A stretch of DNA of 64,000 nucleotides, taken from NCBI GenBank assembly GCA_051362555.1, contig CM120645.1, positions 3,038,001-3,102,000 of the forward strand, in the 5' to 3' direction. The translations under genes and the position numbers were made by a program. Origin of the DNA: Lingula anatina. Its lineage: Eukaryota; Animalia; Brachiopoda. Every line of letters starts with the position of its first letter. Within the stretch, counting starts at the first letter, position 1. Positions 14,619 to 28,300 of the stretch are shown one piece after another. Under the pieces are notes generated by a model. The model ran no database searches. It worked only from the letters and a program-made list of their open reading frames with translations, and was not told the DNA's origin.

Positions 14619-17088
14619 TGTGTGTGTGTGCATGTGTACACTTGCATGTGTACATGCATGCATGCATTTCATAAACAAAAAAAGATGAAAATTAAACCAT
14701 ACTGATCAAATCAGTAGTGCAGTTACATCACCACAAAAAAAAGGCAAAAAAATATCAGATCTCTCCTAGGAAACACATACTCACAAAATCACACACTAGT
14801 ACATTAAAAGTAGAAAAAACACACACTCCTCTTGATTACTAGTAACAATCTGCATTAATCATACCAGAGTACAGAGAAGCACCATGGGAGAATACCCAAT
14901 ACGATCCCAATGCCCCTACTGGTGTAGCTGTACTCCCCCCCGGGGCAGAGATCAGTCCCCCCGGAGACTTGGACTGAGGCATTAGGGGACCAGAAGATGA
15001 GATGTAGAGTTCACGAGGTCCATGTATAATACATACTAATAACAGCTTCAATGAAATTAGTTTGCTTTTCAGTGGACCAATTCCACGCGCCTTAATTCCG
15101 TCAATAGTTATTATACTACACAGCTGGCCAGTTAACAATGATAAGCAGAAAAATAAACGTAAACATACGAAATTCATATATATTTCCCAATATATTGACA
15201 AGTGATACATAAATTCAAGTGATAAAAAGGAAGCACATACTCATGTAACAGAACTTTCTCGATTGTAACCAATGTCAGCTAGTACACTAATGTTGGTCCA
15301 AGATTACTGGTTTTACTGAATGATCCACAGCTAATTTCTTCTGTCTGCACTTAAGACCTGCTCAAATTCTGGAGGCTATGACTAGAATAAGTCTTAATTA
15401 AGAAGACAAATTGCTAGCAGTGCAACAACCAGCTGTCCCTTCTTTTCTATTCTCTCACGCCAATTCATGTCGTACCATTATAACGGACCCCCTGGACCAG
15501 GTTGAACCAAAAAAAGCTTGGTCTTAATTTATAGACCAAAAATGTTGTCCATTTTGTCACAATGCAAATCCAAATTAATTTAATCATATGAAATACTGTC
15601 CTAACATACTTCAGACCAATATTTTACTAAGAGCGGATTCTCAACGAATTGAGCCAGGCTTTACAAAGCCGGTGACCTAAAAATGGCGGACGTACATGAA
15701 AGAAAAACCGCCTAATCTTTTAATAGTCTCTCCGCCTCCCCACACGTCGTCCCTGCGGGGTACAGTAATTAAATCTCGGCTCCAACCTCCAACTATGTCT
15801 ACTGGGGCTGGGTAGTTCTGTGAATATCTCTGGTGATATTATCTCCGTAGATAGTCGATTCGTTGCTGCTCTACGGGCCAATTCATTCCTTTTTCGTCTC
15901 TGTTTTGACAGATAATAAAACAGAAGAGCTTTTTTTCCTTCGAACGCCTTCAGCCGCCATGCTTTCTTCACCACGAGTTTAACTGATGAGCATGCGCACT
16001 TAATATTTCTCAGGTAGCTTCCGCATGGCGAACGGAGCCGAGATTTAATTACTGTATCCCGCAGGGACGACGTGTGGGGAGGCGGAGAGACTATTAAAAG
16101 ATTAGGCGGTTTTCTTTCATGTACGCCCGCCATTTTTAGGTCACTGGCTTTGTAAAGCCTGGCTCAATTCGTTGAGAATCCGCTCTTAGTGGACTAAAGT
16201 GAAATTATCTTGCACTGTAGTTGACTAAATTTTAGGTCTAAAACCTCTGGCCAATTTTAGTTAGCTAGCGACAAAGTTAGCAACTTTAATTAGCTGTTTT
16301 GTGAAACCAGCCCCTGGTTATTTTGTAAAAAGGAATCAAAGCATTATTTTAAGAAGTACACAGCTGCACATTAGCCACGATCTCTGACTGATGCACTTTC
16401 AATTCTTGCTTCTGTTCTTCTTCAATAATGTGTGGCAGTTCACAGCACCTGTGCCATATTCTGTATACTATTCTGTATCAGTTTCTACACAATCTCTGCT
16501 CACTGACTGTTATTAAGTGAGCAAGCAGTTTCAAATTTTTTTCTCCAAAAATTGGTCTACTTTGGCTCAATTTAAATCCATTAAAGTCATGTAGTGATCT
16601 ACTAAATAACATTAGTACAGGGGATCCAGGTCTGAAACAATAAATCCTTCTCCATCTTGCTATAAAACAGGCATTTAACTGAAATACGTCTGATTTTATT
16701 ACTGATTTAATTATCTTCAGTCAAAGCAAAAATAAAATATTGGTCTCAAAGTTTACATCCATTTTCAGGTGAAATTTCTCTTGTGAAACAGGACCCAGTA
16801 TATATAGCCATATCTGTGTCCAAATTAAAAGTGAATCTTCAGTACACAATAACTTATTATGCAAGCTAATAGCTGTACTAAGTATACTTTGGGTGACATG
16901 TGATACAAATGAGTTATTGCAACCAGTCAATATCTTTTAACTCAGCTAGTTACATGTATGAAAAAAAAAAGACTGTTTGCAACAGGTTAAAACCTTTCAA
17001 AAGCTTTTACCATTGCTTTGGACTCAATGTGACAACAGCAATAAACCCTGTTTACCTTGTTAATTCAGTGAACCATTTCTATGTCAAA

Positions 17089-17152
<64 letters not shown>

Positions 17153-20100
17153 GGCTAACTCAAGAGAAAGTCACCATGAGCAAAAAGCATCTTACCAAGA
17201 TAATGAAATTACCCTTGGTCATTGTGAAAAAGCCGTATCTTGATTTAATGCACATTTATTGGCTATTCTGATGGTCATTTTCTGCCATACGCCAGATGAT
17301 CTGAGAGATAAATCTGATGGTAATTGAGCGAAATGGGTTCGGTCACAGTTAAAAGCAATTAAAGACAGTCATTCCATATGGCTTAATGTTACTTTCTGTT
17401 CAATCACAATCAAATAATAAGGAAGACATCACAAAAAGTCTTGCCTGTCTTGCTATAAACCAGAAGCCATGTATTCTGTGCTATAAAACAGGCAGGACCG
17501 TGGGTCACAGTAAGTCTTTTCCAAGGCATTGTCTGTGGATAGCTGATAGAGGGCAGCACTGTCAAGAGTGCCCCACATACAATAGACAAAACTCCCCCCA
17601 CCCCCACCCACCCCACCAATATTCTTCTACTGCAAGAGGTCATGCATGAAAAAAAAAAAAAAAAAAAAAAAAACAGCAATCTTGAGTTTCTAATTGATTG
17701 GTGCATATGGCAATCATTGATCCACTGCAGGCAAATCACACAAGATTTGGATTCTTCATCAGCTGGAAATAAATCTTCACGGATGATGGAATGATGAATT
17801 GGTTGTTTGATTGTTAATTGGATTTCAATTATGTCCCTCTTCAGTTGTCTGTTCATCATCACCAGTCTGACTGTACAGTTCCTCAAACCATTTTTCATCT
17901 TCAGTTTATTTCTACAGAAATTGCTAATTAAATTTGAACAAAATGAATGAATGTAATTTCCTCTCAAACAGCATTTGGTTAGAGATACTCAAAACTGCTG
18001 ATTCAATGTAGCAAACAAGTAACTAAAATGTACTGATGAACCATGAAAAAAAGTTGAAATAACTTAAGGGTTTGAAAATTGAAGTAATTATGGTAATCAG
18101 ATCTGCCAGATTAGATAATTTGGAAGAAAGGCAATCATGAGAAATGTTTCAGAGAATTAGAATTCTGATTGCCAATCCATCGTTTTTAATCAAGTGCTTG
18201 AAATTATGATGTCTTAGGGCACATTCACAATGAAACTATCACACTTAGTAGATCGATCCAACCCCGAAGGGACTCTTGCTGAATGCAACCAGATTAATTG
18301 AATGATTTGCTATGGGCTGATTAACTTTTGTGTGCATTTGGTCCCACTCAACATGAGGCCACACTTTTTTAATTTTATGGATGACATCCTGCGCGCGCAC
18401 GGATTTTCGCCCGTTCTCCAAAAAAAAAAAAAAAAAAAAAAAAAAACCCCCCCCCCCAGCCCCCAACGAAGTCGGTTGTCGCAAACGTTGTTATTGAATT
18501 TGCAAGGAAATGAGCTTTCTGCGCATGCGTATTTTCGCCACGTGGAAATGCGGCCACTTTGCTGTCAAATTCATCTCTAGGATTACTTTCAAATTACACA
18601 ACAATAAAAGTCATAAAGAGAACGGGCGCCATCGTTTTGGATTGGTATGCCATTGATATTGGGCATGGAGATATCACCTTTTTACAATTGTGCGAAAGGC
18701 TGGCGGCGGCCGAAACATTTCTGTGACATTCTGTATAAAGCAGCACATTAATACCAGGTTTTCTGTAGCGAAAGAAGGGTCGACAAGGGCGTCGAGGTAT
18801 TTGGTGGGCTGAAGGTCGGACAGGCCACCTGACAGTTTCGCTGCTTCGTGTGAGTTGAAGTTGACAAAATGGCATCGTCTGAAATGACCTTTAATAGATT
18901 TGGTAGTATTAAGCATATCTTTGCATCATTTTTTAAACATTTCTGTGAAGTGTTCAAAATGTTTTAATATTCTGAGAATACAAATAAAGACACACTGTTT
19001 GATTGATATTTGTTTTATTGATTGCTATACCAAATGAATGCAAGAAATAACCTTAAATAGATTTGGTAATATGAAGTATATCAATTCATGACTTTTTTTA
19101 CATTTCTACGAAGTATTCACAATGCTTTAATATTTTGAGAGCATGGATAAAGACATATTGTTAGTTTGATATGTGTTTCTGTGGTTAAATTTGTGTTTCC
19201 AGCTGTGTACTGACAGCATTCCTTTACTTAAGCAGTTTTTTTTTTTTTTGGACTGTTTTTTTTTTTTTCGCCCTCTCGCACCGATTTTGGGGTACTCAGA
19301 GGATGTCATCCATAAAAATAAAAAAGTGTGGCCTGAAGTAAAAAAAAAAGCTTGTACAAGACAAGTGCAAGTGAAAGTTAATCACCCCTAGCTGCTCCAA
19401 GAAGTATATTATTCAGTTCATCTAAGTGCATTCAGGTAAATCCAAGCAGAGTTGGATCGATCTACATTGTGCAAAACTTTCATTGTGAACAGACTGCTAA
19501 GAGCTGTTCCTACACAGTGACTAGCTGCATATGAGCCTGCTGTTTGTGGGAACTTTCACTTTCACTTACTGTTTGGGCTGAATCTAAACCTGTCAACCAA
19601 AATTACATCCACGAGACTATTTTTAATGTTTTTTTAAAAAGGTCATTTTGTGGTGACACATTTTGCCCCCTTTATTTTGCCTAAACCACTACAGCTTCTG
19701 TGCATAAAGTTCACTTCCATGCTGGTAGCTTCAGGATGCCATATCTCCTTGAAATGAGTCATGTACAAGAACATGATTGATCTTCCTCAACTGCCTTCTT
19801 AACTAAGAAATTGTCCAGATGAAATTGAAATGTTCTTAATGTCAATTAAGTCCCCACGTCTTTGCGTGCATTTATTGAGAATCAATAGCTTGATTTAACT
19901 GCAGTGTCTACGCCATAAACTCTGCCCTACTTGTTGCATGTGCTGGTTCAGAACCGCACTTCTCACATTAATATTCTTGGTTTTTGATTGAGATTTGATA
20001 TACAGAATTACCTACTGAATCATCTTCATTCAGACATTTCTGTGACATATCTTCTATGAAACTGTTCAAAGCTGATCTTAAAAAATGACTTCCTACACCT

Positions 20101-23100
20101 ACACTCACTTTCATTCAGATATATTAGATCAACAGATGAACTTGCTACAGCTAGATGCACGCTTGTCATATGCAATGTGAATCCAATAATTACCAGCTGT
20201 AGCAATGCAATGAAAGACATTTCAGTCCATTTGTGATCCACAGAACTGTCACTTGTATGGGTATTTTCACACTCATCATGTATCCAGAAAGTTGCACATT
20301 GCATGCATGGACACCTTAAACTTACCATGCCTCTGTAGAACTGTCAAAGCTATGGACAATCACACTCAAAGTGTGTCCTTAAAGATATCAACTGTATATG
20401 AGTATTTTTTCACACTTGCCATGTGTCCCTGAAATGGCCATTTGTTAATGGACACTTTTTTTACTCACTTAATTTGTGGTGTTTATTTAAAATATGTCAA
20501 CTGTATGCATGGTCACTTTCACACAGTTTGTGTCTGTGAGTGTCAAATGTACCAGTATGGTCATGATCACACCATATGAGTTATCCTGTAACTGTCACAT
20601 GTATAGGCACACACACAATAGGTTAACAGTTTTGTCTCCGAGTGTCCGTAAAGCTGTCAAGTGTGTGGTCACTGTCACCATTTCTGTGTTGCTGTAAATC
20701 GGTTGAAATTCACCTTCACATACATATTCGCAGGTTAAATGGTTTATTTTGGACTCCCTGTACCCAAAATCCTGGGGAAACCTGAGACTGTTTAGATCTG
20801 AATTATCTAATTAGAATTGTTACAAAACATACTGAATAAAGGTGAAGGGGTGGGTCCAGCAATTTTATGTGAATTGGAGTAAAACGAAATCATAGGCCTT
20901 CACTTTCTTAGAGCACTCTAAAAAATATATCCCAAACACCATACTCACGCTTATTGCGTCTTCCTTCTTCCGTAGCATTTTCTCCATATTTGTGGACACT
21001 GTGTCTAGTATTTTGGTGCCATTCATAATTTCTACCTTGGCCTCATCTTCATAACACTAAAAAAAAAAAAAGAAAAGATACGATATTTTATCAAATTTAT
21101 TATATCAAGATTAGATCAAAATGATAGTATTACTGGTATTTACATGCATGTCTTCCTGGCACAATCAAGAAGTCAACATTTCAGTTGCCATATAGAATAA
21201 TTATAGAACCAAGGTGTATTTCCACACAAGATGGGCAGACCCAACTCCTGGGGATGGGGTGGCGGGGGGGGGGGGGGGGGGGTCTATGTACAGTAACTTT
21301 GAATTTGATACCATTTTTGGAGATTTTCACTTTACTTCATGAGAATTTCTGGTCTTTTTTTCTTTTTAAGGAGGCTCTCTCACATTAGCTTGAGTACTTT
21401 TTTACAACTCATGATCAAAATATACATCAGGCAATAAAATATCAATGAAAGCTTTGTTGCCTGGTGCCGTTTGCATTTTTTACGATGTAATGTACATACT
21501 TACTACTTGCTTAAGAACTTTGTGACATTTTTTGGGATGCTACTTCTTGAAAAACAAACTGGATCACCTTCAAATTTTTTCATATTTTTTGTTCATATGG
21601 TTAGTAGGTTTTGTATTACAATTTTTACCAAAATTGCTAGGGCAGAAATGGTGTTTCTGAAACATGAGAGCCTCCTTAAATGAAATTAGTAATTTTTACA
21701 AAGGCACATGGAAAAGATAGGCAAAAAGCAAATGATAGTAAATTTCAATATGAGAGCAATCATAAGTAAAAAAAAATTGGATGATTAAAAATACATTAAA
21801 ATGCATCCATACCAAATGACAAACAGTTGAGGCTTTGACTTATGATCATAGAACAGTGACTACGATTATCAATTATACATTTTTCAATTTCTCAACTACA
21901 GATTTTTGCATATGTTATGAGCTATTCCATAATGGTTGTTGCTTTCCAAATGGGTTTTTGATGGCATCAGTTAAAAAAAGTGTGACGACAGCCATCGATA
22001 AAAATGCACTTTCATAATAATGACTCAATTCCCTGACATAGTATTCCATTTCATCTTTTTATTTCTTTTTTTTCTTTCCAAATCTTGTGTAATATTCTGA
22101 CGATATGGGGAACATACCAGAATCACGCAATTTTCAGGTCTCACAAACCATTCAAAACATTCTTTATGGCAAGTGTCTGTGACGTTAAAACTGGCACAAT
22201 GCCAAGTGCCCGTAAAATTGGAGTTGGGGCCAATAAATTTTGATAAGATATTCAGTTACTGGTCATGGCCACTTGTGTTTCTGCCTTTGGCCAGTAGATT
22301 CTTAATCTATGGGAACTTGATGGGCAAGCATGCTAAAAAGTTTTTTCACACTGACTTCATTAACTATTCCTTGGAGAAATTCATTTGTCTAAGCTGGTTA
22401 TAAATACATCATATATAATTTTTTTGGAAGCCAAAAAGGAGTTTAATGCCTTTATTAGAATATATTTGTTAGGCCAAAAAGTGAAGTACTTAAAATGTGA
22501 AATTGATTAATTTTTTTTAAAGCTAAGGGACCATTCCCATACCCTATTTTAGTAGCAGAATTGATCTATCTCAGACGTGTTTCTTGCTAAATTGTATTTA
22601 GTTCAAGCGTGCATGAAAGTTATTTATCCCCCTAACAGCTTCAGTGGGCATCACAGACATTAAAGCTGCTTAAACCGAATGCAATTTAGCAAGAACCCCC
22701 TCGGAGTTAGATCGATTCTGCTAGTACAACAGGTTTATGGGAACCCAGTCGAAGGGTGTTCACAGAACCTAGTTCAAATTTTGATTTACAGCCCACTTTA
22801 GCCATGTAAGTTATAACACAGCCCCACTGCACCCTGGGAAGCCAGCAGTGTCCACAATGCCCCCAAAGACTGGTTCCCCTTTAAGAGACCTTTGATTGAG
22901 ATTTATTGTGTACTGATCTGTCAGGCCTATTAATATTGTCACATACCCTTCTATGATACAATAAAATCCAGATGACTGTACCAGTATATATATTTTTGAG
23001 TGATGCAGGGAAATTTCAGTCCCATAAGCAGGTACATATGGATCGAAGTTTGAAAATGAAGAAGTTGGCACGTATTGAATCTGAAACTCAGCTGGGGTAC

Positions 23101-24673
23101 ACTCAAGATAATTTTGGGTCTGGAACATGTCACAGGTGACAAGCCTATTTCACTAGGGATTTAAACATCTCATATCCTGCTGAGTCACATATTTGAACCA
23201 ATGACAGAAGGGAGGGTCCATATATTGTGCATCAGAGATTCAAAATGTCCATGAATCAATTGGGTTGCCTGGTGACAAATTTGAGACTGCTGACAGTTTT
23301 CGTTAAAAGCCCATCCGAAAGTGCCTATAATTGGAAGTGGACGTTGAAAATCAATACAAATTCACTTGTAGCTTGGTTGACATATAGGCTGAAGCCGCCA
23401 GGTTTAATATTAAGTAATCTGGAGATTACCATCATTAGTCTATTTCTTTCTTCAACGATATGAAGATTTAATACAAGGCATCTAAGAAATGGTGCGTTTC
23501 TACTGCAGATGTCCAATCGCTTTTTTGGCTTAATTTTTTTTTGTATCTCGATTGCCTGAGTTCTGCATATATGTTTGAGAACATAAAACATTATTTTTCT
23601 GAAGCAGATTTATGGACTATTGATCAATAATAAAGAAACATGTAGGAATCTTTTTAGTGTTAATTTCTTGCTGTATCCCAACATAAAAGCTTGATTTGCA
23701 TCACTGATGAAAAACTGTATATAATATTATTTTGTTCTGATAAGAGACGGTACCATCTGGTTATCCAATTCATATGTCAGTATTGCATCTAACAATTTAA
23801 AAGCATGTGTCACTATGGCAAGTTTTGCTGATTGGCTGTGAATGGAGGGCCAGTATTTGGCAAACATCTGGGCCATAGCCTTAGCCAACATTTAGGCTAA
23901 AATTAGTCAAACATTTGGGACATCAACTGAACCAGCATTTGGTACATGTACTGAACCAGCATTTGGGACACCAAATGAAACAGCATTTGGTACATATACT
24001 GAACCAGCATTTGGGACACCAAATGAAACAGCATTTGGTACATGTGCTGAACCAGCATTTGGTACATCAACTGAACCAGCTTTTGGGACACCAAATGAAA
24101 CAGCATTTGGTACATGTACTGAACCAGCATTTGGGACACCAAATGAAACAGCATTTGGTACATCAATTGAACCAAAATTTCGGACATCTACTGAATCAGC
24201 ATTAGGGACATCAACTGAACTAGCATTTGGGTCATCAACTGAACCAGCATTTGGGCTACCATATGGGCAAATTTTCCTCGTATGAGAACTGGAACATATA
24301 TCTTCACACAATATGTTTTCATAAAAAAGAAAAATAAAAAAAGACATTTTCCTTAGAAATTGTTTGTTTTTACTGATGACCCATTCCATTAGGATTTCTG
24401 AGAAAATGTGCTGCTGGAAGTTACCATTTGATAAGTAAACAGAACATCAATGAGTCAAATTAAATGTACTGTGGCCCCAAGGGTCCAAAACAAAAGACAT
24501 CATTTGCAGGAATTCTTGGTAAATTGAAAAGTGTAATGTACTAAATAGAACCGTTTTGCAGGGTTTTACTAGGGCAGACATCAAGAACACAACACATAAA
24601 TAAATGTGAACTGCTCCATCTCTGGGTCTTTTCTTCTCAACACTCACCTTGTTATTATCAGTGAGGGTACAGC

Positions 24674-24755
<82 letters not shown>

Positions 24756-25313
24756 ACATACAGTTCATGGACTCACTAACTCTATGTGTTTGATTATCTG
24801 ACAATGTCTGTCACAATACTTAATTAACAGAGGTGGTTTTCTGCTGGGCTGGTGATCCAACAGTGACTATGTATGTTTCAAGTACTACATGTAGATCCAA
24901 AGTACAGTTAAAGAATCATATTTTACTTTGAGTGCATGTGAACAAAATTGTTTCTATGGTGACTGACATAAGTGGCTGAAGTGGATTCAAGGAATTGCTT
25001 GATACATCTTCAACTGAAGAAGTTTATGTTGATTAAAACGAGTGGTTGGTTGGGACTTGATTAAAAGTATTGTCTGTTACACCTTTAATTGGATAGGTTC
25101 GTGTTGTTTGGCAATTGGTTTAATTGGATTCAAGGAATTGCCTCATTCAACTTTGAATACAAAGGTTAGTGATGACTGATAAGTGGACAAATACCTTTAA
25201 TTGGACAGGTTTTGGTTGATTGAAAAATAGTTGGGTTTGATTCAAAGGATAACCAGAAGCACCTTTGATTGGCAGAACACTATATTTCCTCTGCTAGAAA
25301 CTTGAGCTACCTA

Positions 25314-25365
<52 letters not shown>

Positions 25366-28300
25366 TACAAACTTTTTTAGACAAAGGAGCTAGGAGGAAG
25401 GTTATGTCAGATAATTCATCACATCATAAATATGATTAAATATTTCAATTGCAGAGGAATTTGACAAATCCATGTGACTGTGAGAAGTTCCTGTTGCTAT
25501 AAGAAAACACAACTGCTTTATTAAATAGACAACAAAGCTGACAAATATACAGACATTTAAAAATAAGTTTTATATGATAATCTCCCTTATTCTCGGGTCT
25601 GATGTGCTGTTGAAGATCCTGCAGTTTTTTCAATTTTTTGACTTAGGAGCAATATATAAAGTTTTTTTTTATAAAAATGATGTAAATCATTTTAAATGAT
25701 ATTTCAATAGATGTATTGGCCATCATGTAATCACCATGTTCTATAATCTTACAAAATTAGTTTAATTTCACTCCTTTATTTGTGATATAATCATATCACC
25801 ATAGTTCTTGTTTTTCTGAGGTTCTTAAGCCTCCATGTTATTGACCAGATTCCGAATGGATTTCCTTGAATCCAAAAAATTGGCAACAAGTGGCAATTAC
25901 TTGGAGTTCTCATGCCGCAGGTGAATTCATCTGGCACTATATTAAGCACAATCAAAGCACTAATCTAACGTGCTATAATTTCATTTTTGAAATCTCAATA
26001 CAGCCATCCAAATTATTGATTCTAAGCAAGGCAATATTGTGATAAAACCAATGACCTAGAGGCTTTTCATTCATGTGTCATCTTATTTAAATGTTTTGAC
26101 AATGGGAACAAATGACCCTTACATCCTGACAACATGACTCCAAGTCATGAAATTGAACAATTTATCTAATAATACTCTAACCTGACCAATTTACTAGGTA
26201 CAATACCATGCTATTACAGTGTGGAATAAAGCCAGGCTCACTTTATTATGGCCTGCCTATACCTAGTGGCAAAAAGGGAATCTATAAAGTCATAAAAAGA
26301 GAAAAATGTCCTGCTGAGCTACAGAAATCTATACATTTATTGATGGAGCCAAAAATACAAAAAGTGGAGAATAAGTCTCAGATAAGACAGAGATGACATT
26401 AAACCTTATAAAATACTGAAAATGCAAGCATGGAGATGGACAGCTCTACTAGTATATGGAGGGAAGGGGTGTCTGGAGACATATCCCTAATGCATTATAA
26501 TTCCTAATCATAGGAATAAAGCCAATCTAATCTGTGTGCTGCCCTGCCCAACAACATACGGGTACAATTTCTAACCAAATCCGTTCTCTCTGTTATCCAA
26601 CCCACTGCCTAACTTGTATACATGCTATAATACAATGTCTAACCATAGGTAACCATTCTAATCCCTCTGCTGTCCCACCTCAGTAACTAAAATGAACTAT
26701 GTGTCATTACATTTTAATGGTGATAAGTTCTACAAGGCCTTCAGGGCAGCACTACATGAAGCATGCTACCCACTAGAATTACAGCCAACAACCAACCTCA
26801 TATAGAATAATAAAAATTCAATCCAACTTCATTACTCCAATGCACGCTCTTACGTTCAGGGGTGAGGCAAAGTTTACTTTATTAATGACCAAAGATTTTG
26901 CCAAGTCAGGAATTATTGATTGAATTCCGTTAATCACACTACTGTGCACAGAGGACTACATATCTGCAGGCTGGAAAAGACATCTGGCAAATAGCTTCTA
27001 CATCATTCACAGTGGTAGACTAATATATATTTGTAGTATGTCATGAGACAGGTAATTTGTTCTTATTTCAAAGTATTAAAACTGCTACTCATGGCTCCAA
27101 ATAGTGATTTTCAAGCTTTTTCTGAGAAATCTCAGCCATTATATATCCATATCCTTGATCACTGTGATTTATGATATGCTGATGATGTAATCTTATTACA
27201 TGAACTGGAGAAGTTCTATCCTGTTTGTCTGAAGTTGGATCATTTCCCCTTTCTTTGCTTATTATGCCCCATTCAGAATAGATGATCCGAGTACTAACTG
27301 ATCCACCAGATAAATGGCCGACCCACTACAAAAGCGATGCTGCTAATTCCATGATGGTCTCCCCACCTCCACACTTGCCACCGCTGCAGGGGCCTAACAA
27401 TTAAACCTAGATTTATTCCATTTAATGGTGTGTGTAGAGGCCAGGAGTCCATTGAGAATCAGCGGCATCACTACTGAAGTAGGGTTGGCCATATTAAGTT
27501 GTTGGATCAGTTAGTACTTGGATCAACTATTCTGAATGCCCCCTTAGACACCTCGACTATATTAAATTTAAAAGGGTGAATTTCTGGTACTTTTGTAGTA
27601 TACCCCCCCACCCTGTAACTTTCACTTTTCAAATAGTTTTTTACAGTTTTTTACATTTTCTTGTTCATCTAGCTATGTCAAAACTGTTTAAATGAAATGT
27701 TTTTGTAATTACCTGTGGTCTTTTTCAAGTTTTAATCAAATTTGACCTAGGTACACATAAGTTTCATTGTAAAAGGTCCACTTTTTCAGAAAAAGACCCC
27801 CCCTTTTGAACTTGCTGGCTACGGGCCTGTTATAGATGATTGATTTTGATTTAGATGATGAAAAAATGAACTTAACATACAGCCTTTGTTAAGTCGATTT
27901 TGATTGCTTTTTAAATTCTCCAGGGATGATATCATTTTGGTAGAGAATATACTACCATGATGGAAAAATCTAAGCATTGATTTTGCTTTCTTGTTAGCCA
28001 ATTTGTCAAGTTCTTTCTTTTACATACAACTTCTAAAATCAAAATTTGATGACGAATGCACTCTATATTAAAAAAAAAATAATAATAATAATCATACATA
28101 AACATTATATACATATATACATATATATGTGCAATGGCCCCAGATTTCCTGATAATAGTCACTGACCTAAATAGAAAACAACCATATGCTTATAGAACAA
28201 AATGGAAGCTATTTACAAATATCATCACCACAAAAAAAAAAACTCATAAAATCCATTAGACTTGAACCCTTAATCCTGCCAAGCCCCGGGGAATTAATTA

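Noticed and set aside
15720-16133. 137-aa ORF in the fold-back element as a transposase
   Set aside because: Largely within the TIRs, with no DDE or DNA-binding motif recognised.
17195-17270. Candidate additional alpha2delta exon (donor-like cttac/attac on the plus strand)
   Set aside because: The frames I read contain stops, and exons 3 and 4 already join in frame with expected homology.
17410-17967. 185-aa minus-strand ORF
   Set aside because: Non-ATG start, runs through a poly-A tract, no recognisable domain, and not needed for the alpha2delta frame.
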